From Octopus vulgaris (taxonomy: Eukaryota): DNA of 64,000 nucleotides. Position 1 is the stretch's first letter. Each line of letters begins with the position of its first letter. The translations under genes and the position numbers were made by a program. Below, piece after piece: positions 14,040 through 28,309 of the stretch. Under the pieces are notes generated by a model. The model saw only the letters and a list, made by a program, of their open reading frames with translations. It ran no database searches and was not told where the DNA came from. The stretch covers positions 42,780,001 through 42,844,000 of the forward strand of contig OX597825.1 of the NCBI GenBank assembly GCA_951406725.2, given 5' to 3'.

Positions 14040-14691
14040 ATATGTGCATGTACACACACACACACACACACAAACACACTCATATACAAATATATATATA
14101 TACATATCTGTACACCCATATATATACACAAAGATACATGCATATACCCTCATGTAAACATACATCCATGCATACACACATATTCATGCATACATGTTTA
14201 TACTTATACATATACATACATGCATAAATACATGTGCACACTCACACATGTATGCATATACATACGAATATGCATATATATGTACTCTTCTTACCCATCA
14301 CCCTTAAAAAAGAAATTAATATAGAACCATATTGGTCAATTAATGCCCATTGGTTAATGAAATTATGAATTAGTGTGTCTACACCATGGCGTTTCAAAGG
14401 AAGTATATTTATTCTTAACAGTTTTGTAAACTTTTGATGTCTAGATGTGCATATTAATATAATTTCACACACAGACATGCGTGTGTGCATGTATACGTAC
14501 AATTAATCATAGATATACATATATGCACATATACATCTATACATGCTTAAACACACACACACACACAGGTATATGCATATGCTTGTTCAGACATACACAT
14601 ATGTATGCATGCAGATGTACACACATATATAAAAATGTATAGATATCTCTACATATATGTATGTACATACACACATGTATATATATATAAG

Positions 14692-14725
<34 letters not shown>

Positions 14726-14938
14726 TGCACCTACATAAACACACATATATATGCATATGCCCACTCATGTACCTGTGCACATATTCACATATGTATATAT
14801 ACAGACATACACTCATACACATACACACAGAAACATATATATATATATATATACTATGTATATACATAGGTGTGTGTATAAATATATATATATATATTAT
14901 GCATGTATGTATGTGTATATATATATGTATGTATGCAT
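14040..14938. repeat. Degenerate (TA/CA/TG)n low-complexity tracts
   Basis: Directly visible at 14040-14285 and 14470-14938. Confidence 0.85.
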
Positions 14939-14939
14939 G

Positions 14940-15535
14940 TTGTGGCTGTGTGGTAAGCGGTTTGCTTCCAACCACATGGCTCTGCATTTTGTCCCATTTG
15001 TGGAATCTTGGGCATGTATCCTCTACTTTAGCCAAGGACTGACCAAAACCTTGTGAATGGATTTGGTAGATAAAAACTGAAAGAACCCTGTTGTATATAT
15101 ATATATATATATATGTATATATGAATATGTGTATTTGTGTCTGTGTTTATCCTTCACCAATTCTTGACAGCTGTTGTTGGTGTATTTACATCACTGTAAC
15201 TTAGTGGTTCAACAAAAGAAACTAATAATGTAAATACCCTCTTAAAATGACATGCACACATAAATGGAAACTGAAAGAAATATATAAGTGTATATATATA
15301 TATATATATATATATGTGTTTGTGTGTCTGTGTTCTTCCCTAACTTCGCTTCACAACTGATGCTGGTATGTTTACGTCCCTGTCACTCAGTGGTTTGGCA
15401 AGAGAGACTGATAGAATAAGTACTAGGCTTATAAAGGATAAGTCCTGGGGTCTATTTGCTCGACTAAAGGTGGTGCTCCAGCATGGCCCCAGTCAAATGA
15501 CTGAAACAAAGAAAAGAATAAAAGAAAAAGAAAAT
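14940..15535 (+). mobile_element. SINE family A: one copy plus a partial tandem copy
   Basis: Head tggctgtgtggtaagcggtttgcttccaaccacatgg. The body ggaaactgaaagaa is repeated at 15266. The 3' end reads ggtgctccagcatggccccagtcaaatgactgaaac. Confidence 0.85.
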
Positions 15536-17284
15536 ACACATATATACACACACACACATACATACAAACAGTAGCACGCAAACACACACACACATATATA
15601 TTCACTTCAGTTCTGAACCCACAATGCAGCTTCTCTACGAAAATCTATAATGTCATCATGTTGTCTAAAACTACTAATTCCTCCCCATTCACCTCATAAT
15701 ATCTCTTCAGAATAAAAAAAGAAAAAAACCTACCTAAAGGGATGCTTCATCTGTCACTGGATCAGCAGAAGTTTGAATGAAAAATCACTATAGCAAAATT
15801 CTGTATTGCTGCAATTTTGCCATGAAAAGGAGATCAAAGTCAACCCATTTCAAAATAACTCTTTACATTCCAGTTGCAGTATAGAGAATGTTAACTGTTT
15901 GCAATTTCAGAGATTCCATTCACAGTAGACAACACTTGAGTTATAAAACGTATTTCATTTGGGTTTTTTTAGTTCTTTATTTAGAACTGTTCTTTTTCTA
16001 ATTTTACAATGTCTTATATTTTATGTGGTATTAGTTTGAATTTGCAAATGCAGTTTTGCTTTCTAATCTATGAAATATAACAAGAGGAATTCTGAATTCT
16101 TTACTGTTTCGAACATCACTTCTTGTGTTTTATATTGTTAAAATTCATTTTGAAATATCTATTTTTTTCAGAAGTGTGATAGAATGGCAAGTAAATAGTT
16201 TGTGTGTTTGTATGTGCATGCATGTCTGTATGTTTGTATATGTGTATGACAGAGAATATACATGCATACATTTTAGAAAGGTGGGGGAGAGAGAAGGTGA
16301 CATTTGACAGAAAAGATTGTTTCAACAATAAAATTCATCTGCTTGCTACTCTGATGGATGACAGCACTACAACCTTTGTGCCATGTCTATAGAATCAGGC
16401 TATATGTTGTATTGTAGGAGGAGATCACCCATTGACTTTTCACTTGTAATAAATTATTTTTGTATACCTATTGCTGGTTCTTTGAATCAAAGGTATCACT
16501 CAATATCATCAAAATAAAGCAAAATAATTTCCATAATTTTTTTCATCCTTTCACACACCAAAAGATTATTTGAAAACAATTTCATATTTTTTTCTTGTTA
16601 TTTTTCTTTTTTTCATCTTTTAGCATATATTCATTGAAATATTTTCATATCTGCTGATTTATTGAAGACAAAACAGAACGTTTGTAGTTTCACATAGATT
16701 GGCATTTAATGATTATTTTGATACATTGCAAAGAGATGTAATTGAAAATACTCTACTTCTATTTTTTGGAATGTACCAATGCACTTGTACAACATGAATG
16801 CTTATAAAACCTCATTTATTTACTTGTTTGTTACTGGTGAAGATTGCCCATCCCCACAGACCAAAGCTAGCTTAATACACATTGAGTACAGCTCAGGAAT
16901 TTGACCATACCTACCATACCTGATATACGAACTTCATAGTTGATCAGCTTGTAAGGGCATCAATTATTTCTCATCTTCTGGATTTTGAACATTCAGCTGT
17001 ATCTTATGACATTCTTGGATTCATATTCAGGGTCAAATATGTCCCCAATAATTTCTTATGTACCTTAACAATATGTTTGATATCATCAACAAAGAGCGCG
17101 CGTGCACACAAACACACACACACACACACAGATGATATCACTGTCTGCTTCACGCTAAGCATCCTCCTCCTACACTCTAAACACCTCAAGCTTAAGTCTT
17201 TGCGTTTTACATATGTTTGAGAATAATTGTGCTTTTGTAAGTATAAATGTAATAGTATATATGTATAAATGTGTGTGTGTGTAT

Positions 17285-17680
17285 AAGAGGCATGGCTGTG
17301 GTAAGAAGCTTGCTTCCCAACCACATGGCTCGTGGTTCAGTCCCACATAGTAGCATCTTGGGCAAGTGTCTTCTATACTATAGCCTCTAGCCAACTAAAG
17401 CCTTGTGAGTGGATTTGCTAGATGGAAACTGAAAGAAGCTCATTGTATATATGTGCGTGTATGTGTCTTTGTGTCTGTATTTGTCTCCCCCATCATCACT
17501 TGACAACTGGTGCTGGTGTGTTTACATCCCCGTAACTTAGCCGTTTGCAAAAATAGACCAATAGAATAAGTACTGAATTTTAAAAAAATAAGTAGTAGGG
17601 GTTGACACATTAGACTAAAAATTCTTCCAGGTGGTGCCCCAGCATGACCATAGTCTAATGACTGAAACAAGAAAATAAAT
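17285..17680 (+). mobile_element. SINE family A, near full length
   Basis: Pol III A-box-like tggctgtggtaag and B-box-like ggttcagtccc, internal (TG)n, 3' end ccagcatgaccatagtctaatgactgaaac. Confidence 0.88.
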
Positions 17681-18274
17681 TCTTCAAAGGAGTATGTTAA
17701 ACATCCAATTCACTGGTACTTATTCTATTCACATTCAATAATTTATTTATATTACAATATTACATTAAATACTATGAATATGATATATAACATAACATAA
17801 TATTATATAAATAATTAAAAAAACCGTAAAAGGCCAACAAATTGTTCTGGCTTATATATATGTTTTCTGATATACATAATCACAGTTCAATTATATATAA
17901 GCCACTGCAGGGTTCAGGAAGATGAAATCCCGTCTGGAAAGGATGGCTGGATTGTAAAAAATTAATCCAAATGTCTGTTATGAGCGTGAGCGTTAATTAT
18001 TCAATCTTACATCAATTACTATTAAAAAACAACAGAAACATTTTAATGGGTGATACAATCATGTTCAATCCACAACCACTTCATTATATTTCAAACACTT
18101 ACCAATTGAAACCCTTTTATGTCCAAGATAGTCTTGTCATCAAAACATGCAATAATAATATGTGTGTATATAAATTTATATAATGCTATATACTATATTT
18201 ATAGTAATATCAATACATTAATTTATATTTATTATATTAATATATTTAATTTATCCTTATATATATATATATAT

Positions 18275-18580
18275 ATAAAATACAAAAACGGGCCAAGAAC
18301 ACAAAGCATCCAGACAGACGATACAAAGAAAACAAGGACGGGTCATTCAGAGTTTTCTATCCTCAGTCGAGTTCCAGATTATCTTTGCAATTTCGGCTGG
18401 TCATACTCGAAATTGCTTGAATCTGGCCAGCCCCAAGGAAAAACTAAGCTAAGAGCATTAGATTCCTTGGAAGAAAGCTGTGAATGTATATGAAAACAAG
18501 GACGAAAAAAACAGAGAAATGTTACACAAATGCAAGTAACAGGACATAACAACTGGTGTGTTTCGACTAAGGATGAATTC
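18275..18580. repeat. Microsatellite-embedded repeat fragment, probably PLE pseudo-LTR type
   Basis: Flanked by (TA)n and (CT)n. Contains the internal inverted motif atcctcagtcga / tcgactaaggat. Confidence 0.4.
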
Positions 18581-18587
18581 TCTCTCG

Positions 18588-18622
<35 letters not shown>

Positions 18623-19584
18623 GATATAATATGGAGAGAGACAGACAGACAGGCAGACATTTATTTTACATGCATTTGTATATACTACTATGCATAATTT
18701 GTAAAAATTTCCCCACTTATCTAATCATAACTAACTTTGGAATGAAAGTATTTGTCTTCTGAAAGACTCACAATTTAACAGACTTTTAAAGATGTCATTT
18801 AAATTCTGTCTTTAGAATCAAAGCAAATCTCATTCCCAATAATTTATCTTGACTCTAAAATTTAGTAATTAAGTGACTTGATAATGCAAAACATTCATTC
18901 GTGCATGTACATTCACAACAACTTTCTAATATGATATGCACCTCTTTAAATTTGGTTTTCAAAAAAAATTATCAACACACCTATACAGACATATCTAAAG
19001 TCAAACCATCCTTATAAAAGCTAACATTTAATCCCCAGTTACAGTAGCATACACACATAATAGCTTATGTTTGCATGCATAAATATGTAAACTTCAAGTG
19101 TGATAATTTCAAATGTATCACCAGAATTTTATTGATGCATCAAAAGTGTAAAGATTGTATTTCTGTGATAAACATCAGAGGTTAGCTATACAAAATAGGA
19201 TAGAGTAAGGTTTGAAACAACAACACGCATTTGCTTATTAGATAGTGCAATAATGAGACAAATGGCTTGTATACTGATTAGATAATTCTTTTCTCCAATA
19301 AAAGCAATTAATAAAACTTTGATGAGATACACAAAGAATGGCAAACATTAAGGGGGAAAATATGTCATCAAAATCAGATTGGAAAGGTATCTTTCGATGT
19401 GAGAGATAATTAAGGATGGCACCAACATCTATTTCTTTCTTCATGGGTCAGCAATATGTCAGTATAATGGAGAGAATTAGTTTGGCTTTCAAAAAATAAA
19501 ACAAGACATTTCAATGTTATTTATTGTTTCCTTGTCTGATAGATTGCTCTTCAAATTAATACAAATTCATACATTAATTTTTTC

Positions 19585-19603
19585 TTTCACCAATATCACA
19601 ATT

Positions 19604-19634
<31 letters not shown>

Positions 19635-19915
19635 ATTATGTACATATATATATAATTATGTGTGTACATATATGTGTATATATACATATATATATATATG
19701 TGTATATATATAAACACATAATATATACATGCATATATATGTATAAAAAATTTATATGTACATATATATGTGTGTGTAAGCATGTATCTATGTGTGCATA
19801 CATACATGTGTATATATATATGTGTGTGTGTATGTTTTTGTGTTGTGTGTGTGTGCATATATACATGTGTATATGTGTGTGTGTATGTGTGTGTGTGTGT
19901 GTGTGTATACACCAC
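19585..19915. repeat. Degenerate (TA)/(TG) microsatellite
   Basis: Directly visible. Confidence 0.9.
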
Positions 19916-21989
19916 ATATGTAGAGATGTCAGAAAACTACTGTAAAAAGTAACCTTACACCAAATATTTACTTAAGAAGAAACCATCAATGCAAATGTAA
20001 TGTAATGTTTCTCTTAATGATTTAAATGATAAAAACTAATTTATATAGCTTCATTTGTTCGATGGTGTGAAGTATTTTTGTACATTCAATATCCATAAAA
20101 AATGGCTATTAAATTACACTAACTTTCCTATGTAAAAACAACAAACAGTAAAACAATAAAGGTATTTAAAAGACATCAGTAATCAGAATCTAACAAAGAG
20201 AAAAATAATAATGTCTTTTTTCTTCTGCCAAAAATAAATAAGTCAAGTAAAAATGACCCCCCCACCACCACATTGTAATAGATAATTAATCATACTAAAT
20301 TAACAATGTTCATCAAGATAAAGTATCTTATTTGTGTCTTTTAACTCCTGCTGCTATTAAGCCAATTCATTTATCTAACATTTGCCAGTATGTGTGCTGG
20401 AATAATAAATTAAAAATGCCATAAAACTACTGTGAAGTGCTAGGTGATGCTAGGATTAGGATATATTTAACCTAATAACCTTTTTGTTCTTGATGAGTGT
20501 TTCAAGTACAGAAATATAATTAGGAAAAAGGAAAAAAAAGCTAAGGTCACAGTAGTCACTATCTTTGTTACAAAGAGTTGTCATTGTTAAGAATTATCAC
20601 ATAGGGTTAAGTAATTGTAATTCTTACCTTTTTTTCTTTATACCAGAAATATATGAAAAATAGAAAATAGGAAAAAAATCTAAAAGAAAATTATAAAAAA
20701 TGTCTTTGACTCCCCAAAGAGTAGATATCATTACTTGAGCTCCTTAGTTTGTTTTTCTTAATCATAGCACAGGAAATATGTACAAAAAAGGATTGTCTGA
20801 CAGCTCTTGTTAAAGTGAGTACAAAACTGATTTCAGTTATCCATCGAAGCTATTACTCATTACTTAAGTTCTCTGTTAGAACTTGGCTTCACAATCACTG
20901 AAGATCTCTCTTAGAAAACTAACATGCATAACATATCAGACCTGCTTAAATGTGCTAACCTTTTAATATTCAGGACAAGAAAATACTTCCAGCTGGGATA
21001 ATAACTGATTCTGAACAAAACTGAATTGGGACATACTAGTATGATTCTTCTACAGCACAATCCTCATAGATTGTGTCAAACTCTCACACATAATTATTGA
21101 CTACATCAAAATAGAAGCCAACTTGCTGATAGACTATGATTCATTTTAAACTGAAATTCAAAGATGTGCCATCTTATTTTGCTTTTTCTAGCTCTACTAC
21201 AAAAGTCTTTGCTACTTGCATAACAATTCTTCCAAAGCACATTTTCTTTTTTTTTAATTCATTTTAGTTATTTCATTGCTTTTATTTATATATTCATCTA
21301 AATTACATGTCCCATATAATTTGTTGTTTTTACAGAATATCTTGAATGAGAATATGCATTATATATAATGTGACTGAGAAAAAGAATTGTGCAAACAAAA
21401 ATTTTTCTTTGTAATTATGGAAATAACAGGGTCCATACAATAAAAAGACTATTATAGCCATAAAGACAATATGAGTTCTGATATGATTCTAATCTGTTAA
21501 CATTGGGTAAGTAAATAGTTCTAGCCAGAGACAGAATCACTTGAGGTGTTTCATTATCATTATAATTCTGCTTGATCAGGGTTAACTTGAGCCTAAACAA
21601 TAATAATGCAACTTCTAGCCATGCCATTTCAGATTATTGTGTATACTGTCTGCTGTGAATTAACATATAAATTGTGTTTAAATCTTATAAATGCATGCAT
21701 TTAAGTAGTTTTTAATATATTGTAGTGACATGGCTGGAAGTTTATTGTATCGGACTTTTAACTCTCAGTTCATATATTCATAACCTGATATAGATATTTT
21801 ATTGAGATTCTGAGAAGTGCATACCCTTCTTCATTTAGCTGTTGGAAAAATGCACTTGCTTACTAGAAATTGTTTCTTGAAATAATATGGTACCAAAACC
21901 CTTATATAACATTTATTTGATACCATGTATGGTATCAAAAATAATGCAAATTATTCAGTGTCTTGAAACGAAAATTAGATCACATGTCC

Positions 21990-23170
21990 ATACTAGCACA
22001 GTCTTCTCTCTTGCATCTCTATAGCTGAGGCCTCTTACGCCGGATGTTTCTCTTAATGCAATTTCCCATTGTTGTACATAAACATTGGGATTTACATCCA
22101 GATTATGCTAGCTTCATTCCTTTCTAATCTTTGCATATCTTTTGCATTTATGGCCTAGGTTTCACTACCATGCAGCAATGGTGTTTGTAACCAAGCATCA
22201 TACACTTTGTCTTTCATTCTGGTAAAGAGAAGCATTTTCTTACTAACAGAGGTGATAGCTCTCCGAACTTTCAAAAGCCGGTTCTTATTCTACTAGCTAT
22301 ACTTTCAGAATATTCTTTTCCAATGTGAGTTTGTTCACCTAGATAATAGAAATTATCTACCACCTCCAATACTCCTCCTTGGCATTCGAGAAAATCTGTT
22401 TCTCATATGATCATATTGTTTATTACTCCCATGCATCTGCCACAAATGAAATCTACTTACTCTGTCAACCTTCCTATGATTCGACTGCACTTTCAATGTA
22501 TCCACATATTGCACTAGTTACACTTATGAAACTTCTAGTAATGCATTTCCTGCATACCAAGCAAGGCAATTTTCCCAAAAGTATTGGCATCCAGTCAGTT
22601 TTTCTGCCTATTGGAACTTTGGTCTTTACAAAGTTAACTTTAAGGCCGTTTGATTCCAAGTTTTACTTCCACACCCGGATTTTCGATTTTGTTTCTACTA
22701 TAGTTGTAGTTATAAGAACTAAGTCATTATCATAGTGGAGATCTAACAAGCAACAAGTCTTAAACTCTTCTGTTATAGTCTGGAGAACTAAGATAAATAG
22801 GATACTGACACCCAGGCTCTGGTGAACACTTGTCTGTACACTAAATTCATTACTGTATTAGTTAGTAACTCAAACATTACTGGCTGTATCCCTACCATTC
22901 ATCTACAAATAGTTTCCCCAGCAACTACTTGATAGGGGAACAAAAAACCCAGTGAAGGCTTTCTCCAGATCGACAAATCCAGTACAGTGGTATACTTTTG
23001 ATTAAAAACTTTTATTCTTGCCTTACTAGTAAGAGAGCATCATCAGTACTTCTATCTGGCACAAACCAAACTGCATCTCATCTAGCTAACTCTCTTCCTA
23101 ATTAATTCTGTAACATTCATGACCTGGTCCAGCAATTTGATACTTCTGTAATTAGTTATCTCTAAGGCAT
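21990..23170 (-). mobile_element. Decayed RTE-clade LINE RT fragment
   Basis: Minus-strand pieces NYRSIKLLDQVM, FVDLEKAF, LHYDNDLVLI (cf. LLYADDLVLI), LESNGLKVNFVKTKV, PCLVCRK, EVVDNFYYLG and LHGSET. Confidence 0.85.
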
Positions 23171-23214
23171 ATACTGTTGTATCCGTTATACATATATACA
23201 TGCATACATACACA

Positions 23215-23460
<246 letters not shown>

Positions 23461-23571
23461 AAGGCTTTTACGAAAGAGTAGGAGAGTCATAGCTGAAAAG
23501 ATAATGATGATATTTTGCCTCTTAATGGACATAAAGAAGTCATACTGCGATAGAATCCCTTTATAAGAATA

Positions 23572-24717
23572 CTAGCTGAATTACCCGGTAATACCCGGTG
23601 GTGGCGGGGGGGGGGAGCTATTTCCAGTTCTCGTTCCCATTATACTGTTTAATGTCCTATCCCGCTCCCTGCTCAGTTCCCGTTTAAATTACAAATGGAT
23701 TTACAAATACACGATGACGTGGGATAAATTTACAAATACTGGCAAGTAATACAGTTGAATCATAAAGTTGATTGATTGTAGTGGTAAGGTAATATCAAAG
23801 TTGAATTGGTGGATGGTTAGAATTATGAGAGGATTGACGATGTGCGACTATGAAACAACTGATTGATGGTTGATTATTATCAATTCTGTGGGTCATTGTG
23901 AAATTTTAAACTTACGTCAACATTTTCAAATTTGGCATATTGAAATAATTTTCCACGTTAAAACCGATTTTTCTATTTATTTCTTCCAGAAAAAAATGCG
24001 GTAAAATGTTACAAGGGTTTAAAGTTTAATCAATTTTACCGGATTAGAAAACAAGATTTGGAAGCTGGCAATTTCTGCATGGTAACTGTCTATCACAAAA
24101 TTAAAGCAAAATCATTAGGAGGAGGAATTTCTATTAAACAAATGAAAGCAAAGTATTACGACGACCAAAGTTGTAAAAACTTCTGAAGTTTTAATTAGTT
24201 TTAGTGAATAAATTTATGTGAAATGGTCGAAGAGACATATAAATAATTTAAAAAGGAAAAAGATCTTCAAGGACTTTTTTGCGAAAAATTGCACGAATCT
24301 GTCCTGTCAAGAGGCCTATTTATCGGGGAAGTCATGGTCTGACATGGAATGAACAAAAAATTTATATAAGACGTTCAATGTAAAAACTGCCCGACAACGA
24401 CGGGCTAATCATCTAAGGAAGAAAATGAAAGACATTATCTATATTTTCATTATTTCAGAACATTGGTCGAGTTTTAAAAAATCTTAATTACGGTGATTTT
24501 AAAACAAATATAAAACCATTTTACCTTTAGTTTCCAATCTGTCGTTGGGCATACTGTAAAAGTTTTCACTGAGCATACGACAGTTAATTCACTAAAGCGT
24601 ATGCGTTAAGAGATAGATAAAAATGGAAGAACAAAGTATTAAAATTCGCTGTTCCCTTCAGTAAATGCATTCTCTCTCTCTCCCACTCTGTCCCTGTCTT
24701 TCGTTCCCTCTCCCTCT

Positions 24718-24749
<32 letters not shown>

Positions 24750-25034
24750 TTCCCTGTCTTTGTCTCTTCCTATCTCTTCCTTTTCTCTGATATCAGCCAC
24801 CCACATTATGCTACAACATTTCTCTCAACTTAGCAGTTTTTGCACCCTTCTCATTTTATTATATAAAAGCCCAACCCCGTAGGCGGCCCATTATCAATTT
24901 TTACTGAAATCCAATTCGCCTACAATCGAACTGAATGTTAGTTTAACATGTATGCAAAATTCCGTGAAGATTGGTTCGTTGTAGGCAGCAAGCTGGTAAC
25001 AGTCAGACAGATAAATTGCAATTTATATATAAGA
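23572..25034 (-). mobile_element. Non-autonomous Helitron-like element
   Basis: Minus strand A|TCTTATATATAAA ... ccgggtattaccgggtaattcag-CTAG|T shows a 5' TC, a GC-rich subterminal motif, a 3' CTAG and an A|T target. Confidence 0.7.
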
Positions 25035-26629
25035 TAGCGTGTAATCTGAGGTGGATTTCGCGGCTATTGCTAGTAGTCCGCGCGACATGTGAATCTCATG
25101 TTGTCTTGTCACTGGATGAATATTAAACGATATTGAATGTAATAATACAGATGTAGTAATACAATTCACACAAATATATCACTCGAAAATGATTAGGTGT
25201 TTCTTAGAATGGACTGAGAATGAGGAAAAGCCGATGCACAAAATTAAGATGCGAGAGAGATATGATGAGAACATTGGAAAAGCTTCAACATTTATTGTAC
25301 AAAATACATTTCAGTTTAAAGAAAAAAATTCAACTGAAGAAGAGCACAATCTTCGTGTTCTCACTAATTGGAAAAAGAACTGTAAAAGAAAGAATGTTAG
25401 GGTTACATGTCTACCGAGAAGAAGAAAAAGAAACAATGTAATACTGACAAGAAATATGATCCCATAATAAATAAGCTGGGATTACAGTACATTATCGACA
25501 GGGTCACTTCGCCTCTTTCTCTCTCCCTATAGACAAGCACAATTCATATTTTTAATATTGTTAAGAAAAGCATAAATAACATAAAATCCTGGTCTTAAAA
25601 CTTTGACGCTCAATACCTATACAAACGTCATATACATACACACATACATACATACGTACACACACACACAGACACACACATATATATATATATATATTAA
25701 TATATATTATATATTATATATATATCTGTGTGTGTAAGCATGTGTATTTGTATAATTGTATGTGTGTGCGTATACGTGTGTATTTATACATGTGTGTATT
25801 ATGTACGTATGTGTATGTAGTAGTGTGAGCATTTGTGAAATTTGATAATCAATTATAGAAACCCTTTTAACCCTCACAGAAAATTTGTCTTTCTTATTCC
25901 GTTCACTGGGGAAAGGAATCTATTAATACAATTGATGTTATTATGTACTGAAAAAATTATGAATGTATAATATATTTATTTCCAGGAATATTTTCTGTCT
26001 AGATCTAAACGAAGAATGACACACACATTTAATATAAATCAATCATGGAAGTTATTAAAAGAACACCTAACACATGCTAACCGAAAGATGTAGAGTTCCT
26101 CATTCTAAGAAAAAACAGTATTTAGAGAAATTTAAAAATATAATTATATGCTGTAGAAATTAACAATCTTTTTTATTATCGTCGACTCAAGTAATTAGTC
26201 TCAATGCAATTTTGAACATAGTGTCTTTACTAGACATTTAAATGGTCTTTTGTCTTTATGATTGGCAATAAATTATTGTTTTTTTTTTACTGCTTTTAAC
26301 TGTTCTTTTTAATTTTATATTCCTTTACATTTTAAATGAAAGAATTAATTGATTAAGCATTAACAAACGCTTAATAACAGATCTTGAAAGGAAAAACAAA
26401 ATTTATATCCATAATTGCAAATGTTAACATCATATGATCTTGTTTCAGTTTTTGTAGGAGAGAAGGCATTGAGAACAAAACGTTGCACTTCGAACCGATT
26501 GATCCCGAGTTCATATTGTCTGCATACTTTTCATAGCGTATTTGTGCAAGGTACTTATTTGTGAAAATTATATTTGGGGACAATCATTTTGCCAATAAAC
26601 ACACACACTACATATTTGGTTTTCATTTT

Positions 26630-27092
26630 AGTATTTTTATTATTATTATTATTCAGTGAGAGAGCAATGCATGCCATCAAAGTGACACTGGGGTACAAAT
26701 GCACGAAGCCCAATATACCCATCATGACTATCTATCTGATAAGGGTACAGGAAGCACATGTATCACAATCATATGTCCGCGACATGGTGATCTTATATTA
26801 AGATAAATAGCGCATGACCTTGCAGGTGGGGCCCAGTAAGAATTTTCTTCGGGTCGAGCAGCCCAACCTGCTCAAAAGGTTTGTTTAAGAATGATTAATG
26901 GAATGCCATGTTTTCAGAGGTGAATTATTCAAACCCCAAAGAATTCCTCTCAACATATGGTTGTGAAGCTCCGCCACTACTCCTGCTCGTGATCAGAGAT
27001 GCACATATCTTCAGCTACCAAGGAATATGTTCAACTGTTTAAGGACAAACAAATGACAAGCAAATTTGTGGTATTGAGCAGAATAATTGCTA
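26630..27092 (-). mobile_element. Interspersed repeat (SINE/LINE-tail-like) with (TTA)n-adjacent end
   Basis: GC-richer block abutting a (tta)n tail. Resembles a common cephalopod repeat from memory; there is no second copy in the window. Confidence 0.45.
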
Positions 27093-27377
27093 TTATTACT
27101 AGTAGTAGTATTACAGAAGTTAAGAGCCTATCCACACATAGAACTTAACACTTCGATAGATTACGGAGACCACACATATAATAGAAAGTAGACTGAGCCT
27201 CAACAGAAAACGCCAATGGAATGGTAACACTCCCATCCCATCCTGCAACAGAAGACTGAATAGGGCCAAGCAAACACATAAATACTTGTGCAAGATTAGA
27301 AACGTATTCAACTGAAAGTCCTCTGGTAACTTAAGAAGAAATAATATACTTATAAATTTTCGAGAAATTTATCTCAC

Positions 27378-27407
27378 CACACACACACACACACACACAC
27401 CCATATG

Positions 27408-27439
<32 letters not shown>

Positions 27440-27610
27440 TGTATGTATGTATGTATGTATGTATGTATGTATGTACGTATGTATGTATGCATGCATGTAT
27501 GTATGTATAAATGTATGTATATGTATGTATGTATAAATCTATATCTATATATATGTGTTTATATATCTATCTATCTATCTCTCTCTGTATATATAGATAT
27601 AGATATAGAT

Positions 27611-27679
<69 letters not shown>

Positions 27680-27680
27680 C
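27378..27680. repeat. Compound (CA)(TATG)(GATA)(GA) microsatellite
   Basis: Directly visible. Confidence 0.95.
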
Positions 27681-27691
27681 ATATAGAAATA

Positions 27692-28200
27692 TTAATATTT
27701 CTAATTCTCTCAAAAGGAGACTACGGCAGTGGTACTGGATATTAATAGTTATCGCCAAGCTAATATGGCAGTCCAGAAATATAGGACGAATGCTGCCGTT
27801 GATTAGCTCCAAGAGGCCATCGCCTCTAGCTAGCTATGTTACACACGAACTTGTGTCCATTACAACCTTCGAACAGGGGAGATCAGCCGCTTCCCCTTGC
27901 TGGTCAGTCATCTGCAGACTAGTTTCAGGATATTTGCCCCATATCAATGCAGAGCAGCCGAACTCAGCAGGTGTCGCTACTAACCGTCTGTTCGAAGGAT
28001 TATGTGCCTAAATTCAGTGGAAAACATCCACTGGTTTTAAAAAATAGTCTCCTTTAGAGAGACTTAGAAATATTAAGGCTATAATGGACACAGGTTCGTG
28101 TATTATATAGCTAACTGGATGCGATGGCCTCTTGGAGCTAATCAACGACAGCATTCGTCCTATATTTCTGGACTGCCATATTAGCTTGGCGATAACTACT
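27692..28200. mobile_element. Inverted-repeat PLE pseudo-LTR-like structure with central degenerate HHR
   Basis: 27748-27868 is the reverse complement of 28075-28197. 27693-27724 is the reverse complement of 28045-28076. An HHR-like motif is at 27912-27952 (-). Confidence 0.7.
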
Positions 28201-28309
28201 GATATATACATACGTATAGATAAAATGAAATGACAAAAGGAATAAATGATTATCTTATGAACTTATACATACATACACACACGCACACACGCACTCACGA
28301 GTAAGCACA

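Noticed and set aside
18335-18372. Minus-strand CTGAGGA...GAAT motif
   Set aside because: No clear stem II/III or GAAA box. It may be related to the other motifs but is unsupported.
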